NCBI RefSeq assembly: GCF_009914755.1
Contig: NC_060938.1
Length of the DNA stretch: 64,000 bases
Source of the DNA: the human T2T-CHM13v2.0 reference genome, Homo sapiens
Strand: one strand, 5' to 3'
A program made the translations under genes and the position numbers. Each line of letters begins with the position of its first letter. The stretch's first letter is position 1. Shown here piece after piece: positions 58,770 to 64,000 of the stretch. Under the pieces are notes generated by a model that searched no databases, was not told where the DNA came from, and saw nothing but the letters and a program-made list of their open reading frames with translations.

Positions 58770-58970
58770 TACTGGTTACAAATGTACCTCACCTATGTTT
58801 TCTCAGACCATTAAAAATAAAAGTTGAGTCTAAGTGTATTCACATGTAACGTGGTGGTACTTATAGAACCTATCTTATAGGTTTGTTGTAGGTATTGAAT
58901 GAATATAAGAAAAGCAATTAACACAATGTCTGATACCTAGTCATTGCTCAATAAATAATAATTATCATTA
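58770..58970 (+). mobile_element. MIR
   Basis: acctatcttataggtttgttgtaggtattgaatga...acaatgtctgatacctagtcattgctcaataaat. Confidence 0.7.
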
Positions 58971-61019
58971 TCTATCTCAGTGAGGCTTCTGCACCCTGAG
59001 AAATCTCCTTGTTATTTCTGGAAGTGACCAGGTCATGTCTCATGTGTGCTCACAAAGAAGTCATAGTATGAGCTCATGGTTTTCGGCTTTCTCTTCCCCT
59101 GGTTTGGAACCTGCCTCTGGAGCCTTCAGTGTCTGCTGGGCTGTGGGTGCCCCCTCCCCACTGCCACCTCAACTGTGGTTCCTGGTATTGGTTCTGAAGT
59201 ATGCCATGAAGCCATGATTCCATGGCAGTTCTGCGGAGTCTCTGGTGTCTTAATGTGGCAGCACCTTCCTCCTTTAAGCCTGCCCTGATTCTGGGGTCCC
59301 AGTGTCTGGCAGCAAGTTGACTGCCTCATTTCTCAACATTTTACAATTAGACATAGATCTTTCAAGTTGTATGCTGACAATCTTCCCTATTTAGATCTGG
59401 CTCAGTCCATGGGGGATGCTCTTTAAGACAAATTTGGATAATATTCTGTCCTCAATTTTGGTCCTCTCCTTGCCTGCCAGACTTTGTCTTTTCTTAAAAT
59501 GACTGCTTTCAGGGATAACTTGTCCATTACTCCTGAAAAAAATAAAGACCTTTAATGGGCCACTCTCACATAGCCTCTAGATGTTTCTTAATGTCATTAG
59601 TAAGCAGTGCTTAGTATCAAACTGAACTATGCCCCAAACACACAAGGAACATTTATACTAGCAAATAAAGAAACAGTATTAAGTATGTCAGCGGCATTGG
59701 TATTTTCTTCTGAGTATTTTTATAAAATGTTTATCACTTTATTTCTTTTCAATTCTGGTAGATGCTGGCTTCTGTGACTTCGGGTGGCATTGCACAGTAT
59801 AATTCTTTTTCAGTAATAAAGAGCTGCTTTGTTGAAGGTCATTCTTTTTCTAGGTTTACTTATAAACAACACAAGAATAGATCATGCTGCCCACTCTCCT
59901 TTGAGTCATAGTCAAGCTTTCTGTTCTCTTTTGAGTGTTCAAATAGTTGATGGCTGTTAATATTTGTTTAGAAATTGCTAGTAATTTTTTTTTGGCATCT
60001 GTTGTAAAACCAGTTTCAATTGATGAGCTTTTTGGACATTCCACACCAATAGGAGAAAAAGAGAATATTGATATATTCCATACTTTTTCAAAGCTGGTAC
60101 AGCTAGAATCAGTTTCAGTCTGTAAAGAATTTATTTATCTATAAGATGAACAGAGCAAAGAAAACTTGAAAGTACCAAGGCACAGATGAGTCAACAGGCA
60201 ATAAGTATTTTCTTATGACTTTGTACCATTGCTGTTCATATCATAGTAGGGCAAGGACACATTCTTTCTTGAATGTCTAGTCAGAAATGTCAACTCTGTT
60301 TTCTTGCCTTAACTTGGAATAACTTTTATCCCATCAACAACTTTAGTAATATTAACTTTCATGTCTTTATCTACTTGGACTGAACTACAATGATACACAT
60401 AAGTTGATGTGAAGACCTTGAATTTTTATAACTTTTTATTTTTTAAAGTGTTTATGCAGCAAATGATAAAAAGAAATGAGTCTACTTTTAATAACATACA
60501 AGAAAGTCAGCCTAATTTGCGTATCAAACTATGTAGTTACATTAGCATTTCTCTGAGAATAAGCTATATATAAAGCTACAGTCGTATTGTAATTTTTCCT
60601 AGATAAGAAGAGGTTTTAAAAACTTTACAGTTATAAGTCTCTTAAACCCAAGATAGCTGAATTACTACTTGAAACCTCCAACTTTATATTTCAGTGAGTA
60701 ATGAATCTTCTCTTAGAAAGATTTAGTGCTGTCTCCCACACCAAAAAGACCCATATTTTTTTAAATCAGAAATTTTCTAACTCCAAGCATTCCTTGGCTC
60801 AGCTAATTCCTACACATCTTTCTAATTTCAGCTTAGATGATTTTCTAACAGAAAGCTCTTTCTGATGGATTCACTAATTTACATTAGGTGTACTAACCCC
60901 CCATGTATTCAACAGCACTGCTTACTTCTTACAGTTTACCTTATCATAAGAAAACATCTATCAATTGCATACACCAATTTCATGTTTTATATCTTATTTC
61001 TTTAATTTCTTCTCCAAAC

Positions 61020-62320
61020 AACCCTTCTACTGGTAACAACTTAATCTTCAGATAAGATACAAGAAAACGATGACCTGAAGTTACTGAAGAGTGAAAAACA
61101 GGAAGCAGATTCAGGAGGAGAGGTCAAAAATTGTTAGAAGGGGTCAGAGTAAAATGAGTTTCCTGTTTTTATGGCTTTTATTCTGAGGGCAGGCCAAGGT
61201 CAGCAATGTATGCAGTGGTTAAAACTATGATAAAAATCTGAAGTCTTTTTGACCTGAAAAACAGAGGGCAGAGGTGGGGGAATATAGCCATGACAATGAG
61301 GGAGGGACTCCTGAGATATAGAAAGCCAGAGAAAGGGAGCTCCAAATTCTCTGTAAAAATACTGTTCAAGCCCCTGGCTGACCCCTGATCTGTGCAAGTG
61401 CAGAAAGACTCAAAGCTTCCTAGCTAGTGATGAAACACTGAACTGAAATTGAGCTGCTACTCAAGAGACATAATTTGCATATTTAGTGTAACCAAGTTAA
61501 TATCCTGTAAAAACAAAAACATCAATACCCTTTTGAGGAGCATGACAGAATGTAGAGTCTCTACAACACAATATTTACAATGTCTGGGATGTAATACAAA
61601 TTTGTTCTCTGCCTGGACAACCAATCTCAAAAAATAATAATAAAGAAAATTCTATTGAGATCAACCATGAGATGATCCAGATGTTGGAGTTAGCAGATGT
61701 ATATTTTAAAGCAGCTATTATAATTATATTCAATGAAGTCATGGAAAATAAGTTAATAATACATGAGAAACATAGAAAATCTCAGTAGAGAAATAGAAAT
61801 AAATGGAAATTCTAGAACTGAAATAGAAGAAGCAAAATTAGAATTCCCTAGATAGGTTTAACAGCAGAATGGAGAAGATAGAGTCATGAGTTAATTTAAA
61901 GATGGTTAATAGAAGACTAATCTGAAGACAGGTAAAATAAGATTGAAAAAAATGAACAGGACTTTGGGGACCTATGAGGCAATAAAATGATAACAATAAC
62001 AAAAGCATTGCATAATCAAACTGTTGACAACCAAGGGTATTGGGGAAATCTTGAAGCAGCCAGAAAATAAAGAAATTTCATATACAAGGGAGGAAGAAAA
62101 TTAATATATGAGAAAATAAACCGGAACAGTGGAGGAATGGGGGCAGGGGGAATCTGGGAATTGACATGAAAAAATTTAGGGGTTGATATCATGATAGAGG
62201 TTTGGGTTGCATAGGTGTGTACATTTCTTAAGACAAGTGCATACTTAACATTAGTATGTTTCATTGTGTGTAAATTTAAAGTTTACATCAAAAGAGGAAA
62301 TAACTAAATAAAAAATAGCA
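61020..62320 (+). mobile_element. Old L1M fragments (5' region/ORF1, then a 3'UTR piece)
   Basis: gagatgatccagatgttggagttagcaga, aatggaaattctagaactgaaa, aacagcagaatggagaaga (ORF1); tttcattgtgtgtaaattt (3'UTR). Confidence 0.7.
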
Positions 62321-62829
62321 GTTAACTCCCACTAGCTTGAGGTACTGTAAGGCAGGAATCACTTCATTCCCATCATTGTGTTTCTTGTGGGGACTACAGT
62401 GCATGACATAGGGTAGATGCTTAGTAATTTTTTTCAGTTACATTTAATTCCACATATTTCTTTTTCATTTCTACTGATGTAATGCAGATGAGTAGAACAC
62501 AACCAAATTCCTGTAAAATAAACAGAAGGGTAAAACAAAGGATCTGTATAATCATGGGCATCATAAGCTAATGAGAACTGAAATATTATATTCAGTGTAT
62601 GTCATATAATAACACATTAGAGCTTGCATTTTTTCTATTTTCTGTTGCCCTGTATCAGGTGTCTAGTGTAAGCCATGAGCTTAACAAACATGGTACCAGA
62701 CAGCATGTAACGTATATTATCTATAAGAATACTGCAAATATTATCCCTATTTTTTTTCAGTAGACCAAACAGTAAACCATACTAAAGAAAGGTAAAGGAT
62801 CAAGATTATATGGCTGATAAGTGAGTAGC

Positions 62830-63299
62830 TATATCAGTCAGGATATTGGCAGGAAATAATTCTTCCCAGATGGTTCAAATGCACTGAGGTTAATGATGAC
62901 CTATATATAGAGAGAGATGTGGGTGGGGTAAAGGGAGTGAAAAAGGAAGGACAAGGTTCCTTCTGGCAGCCTCAGAGACCAAGGGAGGAAATTAGCACCC
63001 AATGAGAACTAGAACTAGAGAGGAATGGGAAGACTGGTGGGGACGCTAGTAGTGAAGGCTTGCAGGTGTTGCTCATTGCTACTGCCTGCAATGTGGTATG
63101 GAAGACGGGAAAAGAAACCCAGCCCCTCTCATTTCTTGCTGCCTTATGTACTGCAATTATTTTCCATTGGATAAACCCAACCAAATGCCAACATTCAAGG
63201 GAGCTAATGGGGCCAGTGTCCCAGGGCAGAGAGTAGATTATAGGAGTGTAGAGAATGGAATGGAGGGGTTGGGAGCAGTAACTGGAAATTAACCAGTAA
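62830..63299 (-). mobile_element. ERVL LTR (LTR33-like)
   Basis: tatatcagtcaggatattggcaggaaa; tccattggataaacccaaccaaatgcca...caagggagc. Confidence 0.6.
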
Positions 63300-64000
63300 T
63301 TGTAGCCACAATCAGATTTGATCCCATGTCACTGTGTCTTACAGGCCCATGTTTTTTCTTATTTATCACACTGGCTCTCAGTTTAGACACAATTTTGGTA
63401 GCAACCATGAGTTTTATTACAGTTAGAGACTTGTTGCACTAGGCACTCTCAATTTCTTTTCCAGCAGTCAGGAAGTCATCACAAAGCTCCTGAGTTTAAA
63501 TGCAGAGTGGAAGATGGGAATGAACCACTATTACTTAACTTAGTTCTTAGATCATGAACTCAGACATTGCCAACAATCTTCCAAATTCAGTGTACCCTTG
63601 TCCCCAGGTTAGTGGACTCTTTTAGGACTTTACATGAATTAAGCTGAGTTACTAATTAAATGCCATAAGGCTAACTGATGGATGGTTACTCTTTCATGTG
63701 ACATTTTGGAGTCTAGAAAAGATAGGGATTAAGATAATTGTTCTCCAGCTAGCTAGATGCAATGCAGCTAAGGAGAAGGGCTATGGTGCAGGGTCTGGCT
63801 TCAATTATTTTCAGCCCAGCAGGTCTTTTAGAAATGTCTTTTAGAAGTGCCAGCGGTATCCAATTGTTTCGGCAACATTAGACACAAACTTTTTCGTATG
63901 AGATGTGTTGAAAATACAGAACAAATGAAATATTTTTTGTAAGTGTCCATTAAATTAATTAGTCTCATTGATCCTTAGTTTCTTTTATGCAAATGTGGAT

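Noticed and set aside
59700-60420. Unique stretch with stop-poor minus-strand frames (possible decayed exon or transposase)
   Set aside because: No recognisable motif and frames are interrupted; a tBLASTx or phyloCSF run would be needed, so I make no call.

Overview
Primate (human-like), AT-rich, CpG-depleted non-coding DNA. It is dominated by fossil transposable elements: about 15 Alus, several L1s (two with both ends but large internal deletions), a complete THE1 provirus, a complete MLT1 provirus, many solo MaLR/ERV LTRs, an ERVL integrase/dUTPase remnant, Tigger1, MER5A, MER58 and MER6 pieces, and many MIR/L2 fragments. I can support no protein-coding exon, tRNA, rRNA or known ncRNA; the supplied ORFs are repeat-derived or chance ORFs. 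I found no evidence of a new biological system. The most unusual signals are scars of local templated rearrangement: an Alu carrying a copy of another Alu's unique flank from 3.2 kb away, a MER6-plus-foldback-hairpin cargo delivered with an Alu into an LTR, an inverted duplication inside L1 ORF1, and an inverted LTR end. There are also two strong CTCF-type motifs and an intact DUX4-type motif in the THE1 5' LTR. Repeat subfamily names come from my recollection of consensus sequences and need RepeatMasker/Dfam confirmation; boundaries of old elements are approximate.
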